DNA from: Nageia nagi
Taxonomy: Eukaryota > Plantae > Pinophyta
DNA: 64,000 nucleotides
Direction: 5' to 3'
Assembly: GCA_050084985.1 (NCBI GenBank)
Contig: JBITNC010000001.1
Coordinates: forward strand, 161,386,001 to 161,450,000
Shown one piece after another: positions 24,301-39,252 of this stretch. Numbering within the stretch: the first letter of the stretch is position 1; the number at the start of each line of letters is the position of its first letter. The translations under genes and the position numbers were made by a program. The notes beneath the pieces are model-generated. The model was not told the DNA's origin. It did not search any database and saw nothing but the letters and a program-made list of their open reading frames with translations.

Positions 24301-27240
24301 TGATATTCTAGAACTTACTGGGTGGTACTATCCTAGAGAAAGGAAATGATGCTATTATCCATACTCTAAAATTCAAGATAACAATAATCACACCTATAAC
24401 TAGCTTTACCTAATACTAAACTTAAGAATATGAAATGCAACTTAAAATGAAACTAGATTATCTTACTAAATTTTACTTCTATTCCTACCGCAACAAGATC
24501 TACAAGGATTGTTCACCCTTGGTGGACCCTTTATTCCATCTCTCATAGTTCCTTCCCATCTAGTTTTTGTGCTCTCGATAAAACTCATAAACCAACACAT
24601 GGCTACATGCTTCAATGTTTATGGAAATAACTTAAGTTTTAATATATAAAACATGTAATCATAAGTCCTATAGAGGAATTAAAACTCAAACATGAATGCA
24701 TATGGGTCCTAAGTAGCCAACCCCTAAAGGTTGGTAATACTAAGAGGGAGATATTCTTCATGGGGGTAGCATCTCTTTATATTCTTGGGAACTAAATGGG
24801 ATATTTAAATGCATGAATGGTATGCTATTTTTCAATCATGTTGTAGGCCCAAGGGATCTAGCAAGTTTGTAGGTAATTACTCCTTGGAGTATATTTAAAA
24901 GTCGCTTTGGGTGACTCCTCAACATCTTCCTCAATACTTTTTGTAGTACCTTATTTAGCAGCTTTAGGTATCTTTGAAGTAGATCTATATCCTGTAGTAT
25001 GTCATGAGTGTGTAACCACTGAAGAAATACCTTCCAAGTGCTTAGATCCTTATTCAGTGTGAGCTATATGCTCGAGCTATCTAGAGGGGGTACCAACTTC
25101 TTCTTTATATTTCAAGCTCCCTTCTTGTTATCATCCAATATCTACTCCTTGATGATTGGGAATGAACTGCCCATGACTATCTCATAATCAATTCATTCAC
25201 TATTTCTCCTAGTTCTTAAATTATGCTAAGTTAACTTCTATTGAATAATCAACTTCTAATTACCAAAAATAAATTAAAATCAAAATAAAGGTATGACTAC
25301 TCAAAACCTTTCTCCTGTTGCTTTAATCTCCACTTGAGAGCTATCTGCTAGTGTAGTAGACTAGGGACCCTTCTAAGTATTTCAATCATCAATGCATTTT
25401 AGAGTCTAATACTGTCCTTCCTACAACCCTAAAAAATGGCACCAAAAAGTAATAAATTTCCTAATTAAATTGCAACCAAGTATTGCTAGCATTCCTTGGT
25501 GATCCTCACATCATGTCTAATGCTTAGGAAGTGATCAATTTCAAGTATAGAGAAATAATGTTCTAATTATGTATGGATTTATATTTATCTCATCACTTAA
25601 AAGAAGAACCATTTTGTTCTTAACTATGAGGGATTATACTTATCATTTTAAATTCATTTAGGCTTGATTTAAATAGAGTGTACTTTGTATGAGATAATAT
25701 GATACTTTAGAACTTACTAGGTGGTACTATCCTAAAGAAAGGAAATGACATTAGTATCCATACTCTAAAATTCAAGATAATAATAATCACACCTACAACT
25801 AGCTTTACCTAATACTAAACATAAGAAGATGAAATGCAACATAAAATGAAACTAGATTATCTTACTAAATTTTACTTCTATTCCTACTGCAAGAAAATCT
25901 ATAGGGACTGTTCACCCGTGGTGGGCCCTTTCCAAGTTTATAAATTATACATGATCTTCTTCCTACTCTATGTTAATTCAATACTATAATAATTAATTAA
26001 TCATTCATCATATAAGATAAGTCATTTAACAAAATATAACTTCTTATTACATTATGTAGGTTATGTCATCATTAAAAGATATGGCATATTCAATAATGAC
26101 TATACAAGATCACAATGTTCATCACACTATGATTCACAAATCATTTAACAAACTTTTATCCCTCTCAACATGCATTTATAAATTTCTTGGAGTTATTGCA
26201 ACTTTACAAAAAAGACTATTCCTAGTACATAAATCTAAAAATGATCAAGACTATTACAACCATTCATATTCTATAGTTATTAGTTAGTTCAACAAACAAG
26301 GGAGGTAGTTGGAAGGAATTGCTTCTCTAGCTCATTCAAGAGATCTCCTAGATTTGAAGGCAACATCCTCCTATTCCTCAGGATGATTCCTTGTTTACTT
26401 CATTGATTATGTTCTCCTGGTATGGTGCTACCTTTGTATTAAGTACATGTCAATAGGGTTGAGCTCCATAGTAGATTCCATAGTAGACTTTACAACTTAC
26501 TCTATAGCTATGCAATGTCCTTAACTTGTAGCACATCCATATTGAAAAATAAATATCATCTAAATCTATTTATATCATTATAAATAAAAGTATCATAATA
26601 TGGCAAATTTATCAGTGTCTATATGTTATCTCAAAATGAAATTTAATTTGGGGACTTCAAAAACATAGATAATTGACTCAAAATATCATTAAAATCCTAG
26701 ACCTATCAAGAACATGTACTTAATCAGAGTCTAAGTTAACTAGTTTCATCTACCTTGAAATATAAGAAACTTTCTAAACTTTTGGACTAATCAAAGATTG
26801 TGGCACTAAAAGTAATTCATAATTTCACTACTAAAAGATCATGATCTATTCAATATATAAAGTGAACATAATATACATGTTTTTATCAAGAAATGATATT
26901 GCAATTTTGCTTTAAGTAACTAAGGCATGAGTGTTGATTATTTGACAAATACAAACAAATTCAAGTTGGATTAGGAATGAAAACCTTTATCCTGTAAATT
27001 ATGTATACAAAAGTATAATATTTTTTATGATAAGGACTAATTTTAATGACTTTTTCTTGTCAAAAAGAAAAAGCATAATTATGATAAGAATCATAAAGAT
27101 TCTAGAACATCTGAAGGTATAAAAAATACACTTAATTGATTAAAAACTTGATCATATAGGAGGTATGCTAGTCTTCAATATTAAAGTTTGGCTTCGATTT
27201 AATCAATACCATGGTAATCATTAAAATAAACTCCTAATCA
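21311..27240 (-). mobile_element. Athila-like remnant in unit 2 (protease deleted; gag-leader-LTR start duplicated at 23122-24527 / 24528-25931)
   Basis: Homologous to 5394-9229 plus 17735-18888. Confidence 0.8.
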
Positions 27241-27522
27241 TGTAATAAATTTCATCTTTAAATTACCAATGGTTCTAGAATAGTCTAGGCAAGACCTTGG
27301 ACTTTTAATAGTCCTATATGAAATAGATATAAGTGATAGAAATATGATCTTTTGATATAGGTTCTACAATCCAATGATGTTAAAGAACTTAAAAAAAAAT
27401 CCTATAAACTATTTTGTTTTGAAGGATTTTTAAAGAACTTCAATAATTTATGTAATCAAAGTTAATTAAAATAAATAAATGTATATATTGAAAAGTTGTT
27501 GACAAGTCTTATAAACTATTGA

Positions 27523-27799
27523 TTTTTTTTGGGTTTACTCAGGAGGAAAACTTTTCTAAGAACCCATGCTATAAACTATTGAGTTTTTATTGGGTTTACT
27601 CATGAGACAAGCTATTCTAGGAACTCCCTCATGGCGATAAGTAAGGTAAACTTTTAATGTTTCCTCCATCCACCTGATGACTATGGATAGAAAATAGTCA
27701 AATTGTAGCTCCGCTACAATATAATAAAATAATCTATGAAATTCGAACTTGGGAAATCCTAAAGATCAACCCAAACCTTAACCAATGCCTTGTCCCCTT
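27523..27799 (-). mobile_element. Putative tRNA-derived SINE, unit 2 copy
   Basis: Copy of 19170-19454. Confidence 0.45.
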
Positions 27800-29725
27800 G
27801 GAAACTATAAATTAGTAAGTTTAGAGGATGTTTTTGAAAGAAAATATTCATATATTAATGTAATATATTTAAATAAATAAATAATATGTTTCAATTACCT
27901 TTTTAAATATTAAAAAATTACCTTTAAAAGGCTTACTTAGATCAAAATATACTTAAGATTGATTTGTTTTAATAAATCAAGATAAATAAATATAATTAAA
28001 TATAACTTTCAATATATACACAATAATTTAAATCTAAGCAATATATATACAATATATTTATATGAAAATTTGAAATTAATTTAAAAACTAAAATTCAAAT
28101 ATATTTTGAATAAAAATTTAATATAAAATTAATTTTAAATACAGTAAACATTCATATCACTTCTAGTTTTATGATATTTAGTAAAAATTATTCTCCAACA
28201 AACAAATTCTATCTTAAAGGAGATGATGACCATTATAGTCAATTTATCATATGACTATACTTGTTTGCCCCCAATGGCACCATAGGTATAGTAAAATGAA
28301 TACTTGAGAATTATTTATAACTTATTATCAATGCTTAACATGAGTAGGTCTAATATTTTAAAAATTAAAGTGTACAGGTAAATTATTTTTCATAGTTTTA
28401 GTACCTTCATGTACAATGGCTACATCCTCGCATATGCAAATGCATAAGAAACTCTTATCATATTTATTACACTATAGACGTCTCTTGGCATTGTTAGAAG
28501 CAAAAACAAGATCTATGGTGGTGTGAGGTTGGTCAATGGTTGAAACAAACTAAACTATTAATTTTATATTTTTTTTCAAAATTTACCAGTACGCTTGTCA
28601 TTTTCAATCATTATCAAATCTATATTGGAAAATTTCTTTGCGTGATGTAAACCTATGTCAATGAAACCAATTCAACTTTAAATACATTGATTGCAAACTC
28701 AATCCTTTGCAAGTGATATTCATATCGATGTGGAGAATGTAGGCTGCATAACAATCTCGTACTCTTCATAGACATGCCTTTGAAAAGCTAAGTATCGTAG
28801 TTGAAGAGAAGAAAATCAAATCAACATTGCATCATTTAACAATACAACTAATATCTTTAATGGAAATAACTATGGCTGCCACCTTTGTACTCTATTGTCA
28901 CGTTTGTATACGGTGCAATTATACTTTGATACTTTCATTCCCATAGAGACCTAAAAATATTTTCATTATACTATGATATTTTCATTGAACTGAACATGAA
29001 ATGAGAAGCCAACAACCAAAAGCCAATGAGCAAAAATAAAATTAAGACAAAGGAGCTAATAGCATCAGGTAATTATGCTTTTTTATTAGTTTTTCTTAGA
29101 GATTCTTACTCAACATCAAAAATGATTGCTAAACTCACTTCATTCTTTTTTTTTTCATGAAAACAATTATTTTGATCATTTGAATTATATAATCAAAGTT
29201 TTATGAACTTATTTGTACAATACTTTTACAAGATGAATTACACAAACAATGCACGAAATTACATAAACTATGCACTAAATTATCTATTTAGTATGAATAT
29301 TTGCAAAAAACATTCCTCACTAGTTGGACCTACATGGCTACAAGTAAAACTTTGTCCATCAGACATTTTACCAAAATTGTTACACTAAGTTATTACACTA
29401 AAAAACAACACTAAGAGAAGGATGTGACTCCTAGGCTCCTAGCTAATGGATACCTAGATCCATAAATGGCCTTGAGCATCCATGGAAGTATAGGGTACCG
29501 ATGTTTAATCAATCAGGTTTACCAGAGACATAGAGGAATTATATCCTTTTTTTATCTCTATGTATTTACTTCAAAATTAGCCATTAAATTTGAAAAATCT
29601 CATTCATTTTTCATACACCTAAGCATGAAAATTGTAACAAACACTATTATAGTGAGAATAATTCTTTAAAGCAATAAAATACACACAATCAAATCAAACT
29701 ATTACATATCTGAACCCACACAATC

Positions 29726-29813
29726 GTGGCCTCACCTTCAAACTGTTGCTTCTTCTCTTTGCTTTGCTATTGGCATCTGCAAGTACAATGGCAATGTTGC
29801 TATGGCCACCGCC
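29726..29813 (+). pseudogene. Truncated copy 2 of the GTG-start signal-peptide-like ORF
   Basis: Near-identical to 21223-21310 with the same deletion junction. Confidence 0.55.
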
Positions 29814-32800
29814 TATAGTCATATTTGATAAAGATTCTATGTGTAAAAAAGGAGAGATGAATTCCCTTCAATTTTTCATAACTTCATGCAAAGGCTAATT
29901 TATATCACTTTAAAAGATTCAATAGTTATTTCTCTTGAATATTATCTAAGTGTACATTGATGTTCAATTACTTCCTTGGTGCTACTACAACTTGCATGTA
30001 ATTAGAAACAATATCAAGCATAAATGAGTTCTTAGAAAAATGATTAAATGAGCATATGTAGGGAAACATTTGGTGAATCACATCTAGGTCTTTAGAATTA
30101 GAGCTAGAGCACTCATTGATGGAGAATTTAGAGATGTAGGGAAGCTCTAAAGTATTACAATATTCATATTTAAATTCAAGAACTAGGAACTAATCATCAC
30201 ACATTTCCTCCTCCTCAATATGTCTGATGATGGTTATCATTACTAAATATTAGGCACTTTCTTCTTCATTAGAGCTTGGTCCATCAGAACTTAATCCATC
30301 AAACTAAAAATTCAAAGGTTACTCCTCTTGATGTGGTTATAGAGAGGGATATGTGGCTATATGAGCTAATTGTTTATCTTCAGTTACTACTACAAGAGTT
30401 GCAATTTCCTTAGTTAGCTTTAGTGACTTATGTTGAGATATTTCAAGATTTTTTGTAACTAATTTTGTAGTTGAAGTTACCTTCCTTTTATCAGATGCAT
30501 TTATTTCAAAAAGGATCTTATCTTCTACCTCGATGATGATGGGAGAAGAAGGATCAAGTAATATTTTTCTTGATCAAAGATGGATTTCATGATAGAGTAA
30601 AATATTTATAAAATATGTCCCTTCAACTTCATAGACCTACTATGGAGTATATATATTATTGGGATTAGGAATTGGTTGAGCAATAACGGGAGGTTATTTT
30701 GGTGATGCATTATTTCTAGAAGGTGAAGCTTGAAAAAGGCATTATTGTTATAGTTGTTGTGGAGTGAGACCTCTAAATTGACTCTAATTGGGTACAAATG
30801 ACTATTGAAACCACTACTAGTTTTTCCAATTTTGTTGTGGCCAAGGCTAAGATTACCAATTAGGTTGGGGCCATGGAGACCACCTAGGTTGAGGTTGAGA
30901 CCACATTGGGTTAAAGGGGGAATTAAAAGGACCATAACCATCTAGGTAATACCTTATGGGTAGAGTTCTAGATTAAAAATTTCAAATGATCCCCTTTGGG
31001 CAATGAAGAAAATCTAATTGATGTCTTGAAGCTCAAGTTCCTTCAACATAATCTTGACAACAAGGAGATGGAGGCATGCTTTTTTAGTATTATCCTTTTT
31101 TTATATGATGTAAATCATTATCTTTTCAGGGGATGTTGGTGAAGTGCATATTATTTCTTACATCTTGGGTAGTATATTCCTTCAATAGGGGCATCATTCT
31201 TTTTTTTAACAAATTTTAATGAGGATGAAAATATACCCAATAATTATATCTTCATGCTATGAAACATGTTGCTCAATTCAGATTGGGTGACTCCTCTAGA
31301 AGCTATTCCTCTGATCCTGTTACTACATAAGAGTGGCCTGCTACAAGATTAATGGATACATAACTCAAGAATTTGTCTAAAGGGAAGGTTGAAAACATCA
31401 CCCTCTACCATAACATGAAGAATATCCATGGACTCTTCTCTCAACCCTTTGAGAAAAATGGTCTTCATTACATATTCAACAAGATCCAAATTTTCTCTTT
31501 GTTTAATAAATTCAAACAACTCTATGTAGTCTTTTAGAGATTCATCCTCTTTCTAAGAAGTCCTAAACAATTCAACATTCTTTTGTTTGACCTTGTAGTA
31601 ATCTTGATACTTCTCAAAGAAGATTTCCTTCGTTCTATCTATCAAAGTTCCATCCCATCTAGTTTTTGTGTTCTCTAGAAGATTCATAAACCAATGCATG
31701 GCTACAACCTTCAATGTAGATGGAAATAACTTAAGTTTTTAAAACATATAACATGTAATCATAAGTCCTATAGAGGAATTCAAACTCAAACATGAATGCA
31801 TATGGGTCCTAAGTAGCCAACCCCTAAAGTTTGGTAATACAAAGAGGGAGATATTCTTCATAGGGGTAGCAGCTTCTTATATTCTTGGGAACCAAATGGC
31901 ATATTTAAATGCATTAATGGTATGTTATTTTTGAACCATGTTGTAGGCCCAAGGTATCTACCAAGTTTGTAGGTAATTACTCCTTGGAGTATATTTAAAA
32001 GTCACTTTGGATGACTCCTCAACATCTTCCTTGATACTTTTTGTAGTACCTTATTTAGCACCTTTAGGTATCTTTGAAGTAGATCTATATCCTGTAGTAT
32101 GTCATGAGTGTGTAGCCACTGAAGAAATACCTTCCAAGTGCTCAGATCCTTATTCAATGTGAGTTATATGCTCATGCTATCTAGAGGGGGTACCAACTTC
32201 TTCTTCTTTAGCTTTCAAGCTCTCTTCTTCTTGTTATCCAATATCTACTACTTCTAGATGATTGGGAATTAACTAGCCACGAATATTTCATAATCAATTC
32301 ATTCATTATTTCTCCTAGTTCTTAAATTATGCTAACTTAACTTCTACTAAATAATCAACTTCTAATTACCAAAAATAAATTAAAATCAAACTAAAAGTAT
32401 GAATACTTAGAACCTTTCTCCTGTTGCATTAATCTCCACTTGAGAGCTACCTACTAGTGTAGTAGACCAGGGACCCTTCTAAGTATTTCAATCATCAATG
32501 AATTTTAGATTCTAATACTATCCTTTCTATAATCCTAAAAAATGGCACCAAAAAGTAATAAATTTCCTAATTAAATTGCAACTAGTTATTGCTAGCATTC
32601 CTTGGCGATTCTCACATCATGTCTAATGCTTAGGAAGTGATCAATTTAAAGTATAGAAAAATAATGTTCTAATTATGTATGGATTTATTTTTTTCTCATC
32701 GCTTCAAAGAAGAACCATTTTGTTCTTAACTATGAGGGATTATACTTATCATTTTAAAGTCATCTAGGTCTGATTTAAATAGAGTGTACTCTATATGAGA

Positions 32801-35746
32801 CAATATGATATTCTAGAACTTACTGGGTGGTACTATCCTAGAGAAAGGAAATGATGCTATTATCCATACTCTAAAATTCAAGATAACAATAATCACACCT
32901 ATAACTAGCTTTACCTAATACTAAACTTAAGAATATGAAATGCAACTTAAAATGAAACTAGATTATCTTACTAAATTTTACTTCTATTCCTACCGCAACA
33001 AGATCTACAAGGATTGTTCACCCTTGGTGGACCCTTTATTCCATCTCTCATAGTTCCTTCCCATCTAGTTTTTGTGCTCTCGATAAAACTCATAAACCAA
33101 CACATGGCTACATGCTTCAATGTTTATGGAAATAACTTAAGTTTTAATATATAAAAACATGTAATCATAAGTCCTATAGAGGAATTAAAACTCAAACATG
33201 AATGCATATGGGTCCTAAGTAGCCAACCCCTAAAGGTTGGTAATACTAAGAGGGAGATATTCTTCATGGGGGTAGCATCTCTTTATATTCTTGGGAACTA
33301 AATGGGATATTTAAATGCATGAATGGTATGCTATTTTTCAATCATGTTGTAGGCCCAAGGGATCTAGCAAGTTTGTAGGTAATTACTCCTTGGAGTATAT
33401 TTAAAAGTCGCTTTGGGTGACTCCTCAACATCTTCCTCAATACTTTTTGTAGTACCTTATTTAGCAGCTTTAGGTATCTTTGAAGTAGATCTATATCCTG
33501 TAGTATGTCATGAGTGTGTAACCACTGAAGAAATACCTTCCAAGTGCTTAGATCCTTATTCAGTGTGAGCTATATGCTCGAGCTATCTAGAGGGGGTACC
33601 AACTTCTTCTTTATATTTCAAGCTCCCTTCTTGTTATCATCCAATATCTACTCCTTGATGATTGGGAATGAACTGCCCATGACTATCTCATAATCAATTC
33701 ATTCACTATTTCTCCTAGTTCTTAAATTATGCTAAGTTAACTTCTATTGAATAATCAACTTCTAATTACCAAAAATAAATTAAAATCAAAATAAAGGTAT
33801 GACTACTCAAAACCTTTCTCCTGTTGCTTTAATCTCCACTTGAGAGCTATCTGCTAGTGTAGTAGACTAGGGACCCTTCTAAGTATTTCAATCATCAATG
33901 CATTTTAGAGTCTAATACTGTCCTTCCTACAACCCTAAAAAATGGCACCAAAAAGTAATAAATTTCCTAATTAAATTGCAACCAAGTATTGCTAGCATTC
34001 CTTGGTGATCCTCACATCATGTCTAATGCTTAGGAAGTGATCAATTTCAAGTATAGAGAAATAATGTTCTAATTATGTATGGATTTATATTTATCTCATC
34101 ACTTAAAAGAAGAACCATTTTGTTCTTAACTATGAGGGATTATACTTATCATTTTAAATTCATCTAGGCTTGATTTAAATAGAGTGTACTCTGTATGAGA
34201 TAATATGATACTTTAGAACTTACTAGGTGGTACTATCCTAAAGAAAGGAAATGACATTACTATCCATACTCTAAAATTCAACATAAAAATAATCACACCT
34301 ACAACTAGCTTTACCTAATACTAAACTTAAGAAGATGAAATGCAACTTAAAATGAAACTAGATTATCTAACTAAATTTTACTTCTATTCCTACTGCAACA
34401 AAATCTATAGGGACTATTCACCCTTGGTGGGCCCTTTCCAAGTTTATAAATTATACATGATCTTCTTCCTACTCTATGTTAATTCAATACTATAATAATT
34501 AATTAATCATTCATCATATAGGATAAGTCATTTAACAAAATATAACTTCTTATTACATTATGTAGGTTATGTAATCATTCAAAGATATGGCATATTCAAT
34601 AATGACTATACAAGATTACAATGTTCATCACACTATGATTCACAAATCATTTAACAAACTTTTATCCCTCTCAACATGCATTTATTAATTTCTTGGAGTT
34701 ATTGCAACTTTACAAAAAATACTATTCCTAGTACATCAGTCTAAAAATGATCAAGACTATTACAACCATTCATATTCTATAGTTATCAGTTAGTTCAACA
34801 AATAAGGGAGGTAGTTGGAAGGAATTGCTTCTCTAGCTCATTCAAGAGATCTACTAGATTTGAAAGCAACATCCTCCTATTCCTCAGGATGATTCTGTGT
34901 TTACTTCATTGATTGTGTTCTCCTGGTATGGTGCTACCTTTGTATTAAGCACATGTCAATAGGGTTGAGCTCCATAGTAGATTCCATAGTAGACTTTACA
35001 ACTTAGTCTGTAGCTATGCAATGTCCTTAACTTGTAGCACATCCATATTGAAAAATAAATATCATCTAAATCTATTTATATCATTATAAATAAAAGTATC
35101 ATAATATGGCAAATTTATCAGTGTCTATATGTTATCTCAAAATGAAATTTAATTTGGGGACTTCAAAAACATAGATAATTGACTCAAAATATCATTAAAA
35201 TCCTAGACCTATCAAGAACATGTACTTAATCAGAGTCTAAGTTAACTAGTTTCATCTACCTTGAAATATAAGAAACTTTCTAAACTTTTGGACTAATCAA
35301 AGATTGTGGCACTAAAAGTAATTCATAATTTCACTACTAAAAGATCATGATCTATTCAATATATAAAGTGAACATAACATACATGTTTTTATCAAGAAAT
35401 GATATTGCAATTTTGCTTTAAGTAACTAAGGCATGAGTGTTGTTTATTTGATAAATACAAACAAATTCAAGTTGGATTAGGAATGAAAACCTTTATCTTG
35501 TAAATTATGTATACAAAAGTATAATATTTTTGATGATAAGGACTAATTTTTTTGACTTTTTCTTGTCAAAAAGAAAAAGCATAATTATGATAAGAATCAA
35601 AAAGATTCTAGAACATCTGAAGGTATAAAAAATACACTTAATTGATTAAAAACTTGATCATATAGGAGGTATGCTAGTCTTCAATATTAAAGTTTGGCTT
35701 CGATTTAATCAATACCATGGTAATCATTAAAATAAACTGCTAATCA
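29814..35746 (-). mobile_element. Athila-like remnant in unit 3
   Basis: Near-identical to 21311-27240; internal duplication junction at 33033. Confidence 0.8.
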
Positions 35747-36028
35747 TGTAATAAATTTCATCTTTAAATTACCAATGGTTCTAGAATAGTCTAGGCAAGA
35801 CCTTGGACTTTTAATAGTCCTATATGAAATAGATATAAGTGATAGAAATATGATCTTTTGATATAGGTTCTACAATCCAATGATGTTAAAGAACTTTAAA
35901 AAGAATCCTATAAACTATTATGTTTTGAAGGATTTTAAAAGAACTTCAATAATTTATGTAATCAAAGTTAATCAAAATAAATAAATGTATATATTGAAAA
36001 GTTGTTGACAAGTCTTATAAACTATTGA

Positions 36029-36313
36029 TTTTTTTTGGGTTTACTCAGGAGGAAAACTTTTCTAAGAACCCATGCTATAAACTATTGAGTTTTTATTGGG
36101 TTTACTCATGAGACAAACTATTCTAGGAACTCCCTCATGGTGACAAGTAAGGTAAACTTTTAATGTCTCCTCCATCCACTTGATGACTATGGATAGAAAG
36201 TACGATAGTAGTTAAATTGTAGCTCCGCTACAATATAATAAAATAATCTATGAAATTCAAACTTGGGAAATCCTAAAGATCAACCCAAACCTTAACCAAT
36301 GCGTTGTCCCCTT
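36029..36313 (-). mobile_element. Putative tRNA-derived SINE, unit 3 copy
   Basis: Copy of 19170-19454. Confidence 0.45.
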
Positions 36314-38249
36314 GGAAACTATAAATTAGTAAGTTTAGAGGATGTTTTTGAAAGAAAATATTCATATATTAATGTAATATATTTAAATAAATAAATAATA
36401 TGTTTCAATTACCTTTTTAAATATTAAAAAATTACCTTTAAAAGGCTTACTTAGATCAAAATATACTTAAGATTGATTTGTTTTAATAAATCAAGATAAA
36501 TAAATATAATTAAATATAACTTTCAATATATACACAATAATTTAAATCTAAGCAATATATATACAATATATTTATATGAAAATTTGAAATTAATTTAAAA
36601 AATAAAATTCAAATATATTTTGAATAAAAATTTAATATAAAATTAATTTTAAATACAGTAAACATCCATATCACTTCTCTTTTTATGATATTTAGTAAAA
36701 ATTATTCTCCAACAAACAAATTCTATCTTAAAGGAGATGATGACCATTATAGTCAATTTATCATATGACTATACTTGTTTGCCCCCAATGGCACCATAGG
36801 TATAGTAAAATGAATACTTGAGAATTATTTATAACTTATTATCAATGCTTAACATGAGTAGGTCTAATATTTTAAAAATTAAAGTGTACAGGTAAATTAT
36901 TTTTCATAGTTTTAGTACCTTCATGTACAATGGCTACATCCTCGCATATGCAAATGCTTAAGAAACTCTCATCATATTTATTACACTATAGGCGTCTCTT
37001 GGCATTGTTAGACGCAAAAACAAGATCTATGGTGGTGTGAGGTTGGTCAATGATTGAAACAAACTAAACTATTGATTTTATATTTTTTTTCAAAATTTAC
37101 AGTACGTTTGTCATTTTCAATCATTATCAACTCTATATTGGAAAATTTCTTTGCGTGATGTAAACCTATGCCAATGAAAGCAATTCAACTTTAAATACAT
37201 TGATTGCAAACTCAATCCTTTGCAAGTGATATTCATATCGATATGGAGAATGTAGGCTGCGTAACAATCTCGTACTCTTCATATACATGCCTTTGAAAAG
37301 CCTTTGAAAAGCTAAGTATCGTAATCGAAGAGAAGGAAATCAAATCAACATTGCATCATTTAACAATACAACTAATATCTTTAATGGAAATAACTATGGC
37401 TGCCACCTTTGTACTCTATTGCCACGTTTGTGTACGGTGTATTTATACTTTGATATTTTCATTCCCATAAAGACCTACAATTATTTTCATTATACTATGA
37501 TATTTTCATTGAACTGATCATGAAACGAGAAGCCAACAACCAAAGCCAATGAGCAAAAATAAAATTAAGACAAAGGAGCTAATAGCATCATGTAATTACG
37601 CTTTTCTGTTAGTTTTTCAGCATCGAAAATGATTGCTAAACTCACTTCATTGTTTTGTACTTTCATGAAAACAATTATTTTGATCATTTGAATTATATAA
37701 TCAAAGTTTTATGAACTTATTTGTACAATACTTTTACAAGATGAATTACACAAACAATGCACGAAATTACATAAACTATGCACTAAATTATCTATTCAGT
37801 ATAATTATTTGCAAAAAACATTTCTCACCAGTTGGACCTGCGTGGCTACAAGTAAAACTTTGTCCATCAGACATTTTACGAAAATTGTTCCACTAAGTTG
37901 TTACATTCAGAAACAACACTAAGAGAAGGATGCGACTCCTAGTCTCCTAGCTGATGGATACCCAGATCCGTAAATGGCCTCGAGCATCCATGGAAGTATA
38001 CGGTACCTATGTTTAATCAATCAGGTTTACCAGAGACATAGAAGAATTATATCTTTTTTCTATCTCTACGTATTTACTTCAAAATTAGCCATTAAATTTG
38101 GAAAATCTCATTCATATTTCATACACCGAAGCATGAAAATTGTAACAAACACTATTATAGTGAGAATAATTCCTTAAAGCAATAAAATACACACAATCAA
38201 ATCTACTTTTATTACAATCAAACTATTACATATCTGAACCCACACAATC

Positions 38250-38586
38250 GTGGCCTTCACCTTCAAACCGTTTCTTCTTCTCTTTGCTTTGCTATTGGCA
38301 TCTTCAAGTACAATGGCAACGTTGCCGTGGCCGCCGCCTGTTGTCGTCTATCACTAGCTCGCAATATCTTTTGAGGACTTTGCAGGCCGACTACGGGATA
38401 CTTGCCGATTGCACTGACCTTCTACTGGCGTCTCAAAATGCTTGTGATCGCCCGCTCACCACGCTGGTGGTAGGTAATACAAAGCAAGCTGCCACCTATA
38501 TGTCCAAAGTAATGCAGAAAAATATTGAAGAGGAAGAAGAAAACCAATGCCAACGTACCCCTGACATGTCAACAAATTGTACGTAA
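38250..38586 (+). pseudogene. Disrupted copy 3 of the signal-peptide-like ORF
   Basis: TAT>TAG stop at ~38355 and a 23-nt deletion at ~38395 relative to 51838-52197. Confidence 0.5.
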
Positions 38587-38958
38587 AGCATACTAACACA
38601 GAGAAAATAAAAATAAGAGAGATTATTTGAAAATGGATTTAAAACAATAATTATTTAACTATAAACTTAAAGAATTGAAATATTTATTACTTATATATTA
38701 GAAACAAAGCATCACGATACAGAGATGCATTTCAATTATCACAAAGGCATCTACACCATTTAGTATTATACATAAATTTGCTCACTGAGCAGACAAAATA
38801 TAATTTACCAAGATTAATCATCCGATTGAAAAACAATACTCTTCACAACTATCAGACCTATTTTTCTCCAGCAGATTGAAAGCGTATATCCATGTTCATA
38901 CAATATTATTTTATTGCATGTGTAAAGAGCCAATTATAAAGCTTAACATCCCAATTAC

Positions 38959-39252
38959 CGGTACAGAGCCCTCTGCTATGGCAGCCTTTCCCATCATCAA
39001 CGCCGCATAGATGTCGTAGCATCAGTGCGTATTTTGTATGGCAGAGTGAACCATCCAACGTGGACTCCCGCGTGATTTAGGCACCACACACAAGCTTCAG
39101 TTCGATCGGGACCCTCTCTGCATGGCCTCGTAAGACACCAGCTGCAGTCATCCCAATGTATGGCCAGCTGAACCAATGTGTATTCCGTATAGATTAGCAA
39201 TTCTTGCATAATTTACACAGTATCTGTCTTGCGAGGCGGGGAGGTCTTTTTC
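38959..39252 (-). pseudogene. ProDH: Proline dehydrogenase (proline oxidase) exon remnant, unit 3
   Basis: Colinear motifs across shifting frames: LLIYTEYTLVQLAI (cf. LLIDAE.T..QPAI), PIELKLVCGA (cf. KLVRGAY), HSAIQNTH*CYDIYAALMMGKAAIAEGSV (cf. HDTIQDTHSCYN...MEKA); ends at donor CCG|GTAATT. Confidence 0.8.

Larger units (their letters stand above)
21311..29813 (+). repeat. Tandem array unit 2 (8.5 kb deletion variant)
   Basis: The same junction sequence CCACCGCC|TATAGTC occurs at 21310 and 29813; period 8503 bp. Confidence 0.92.
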
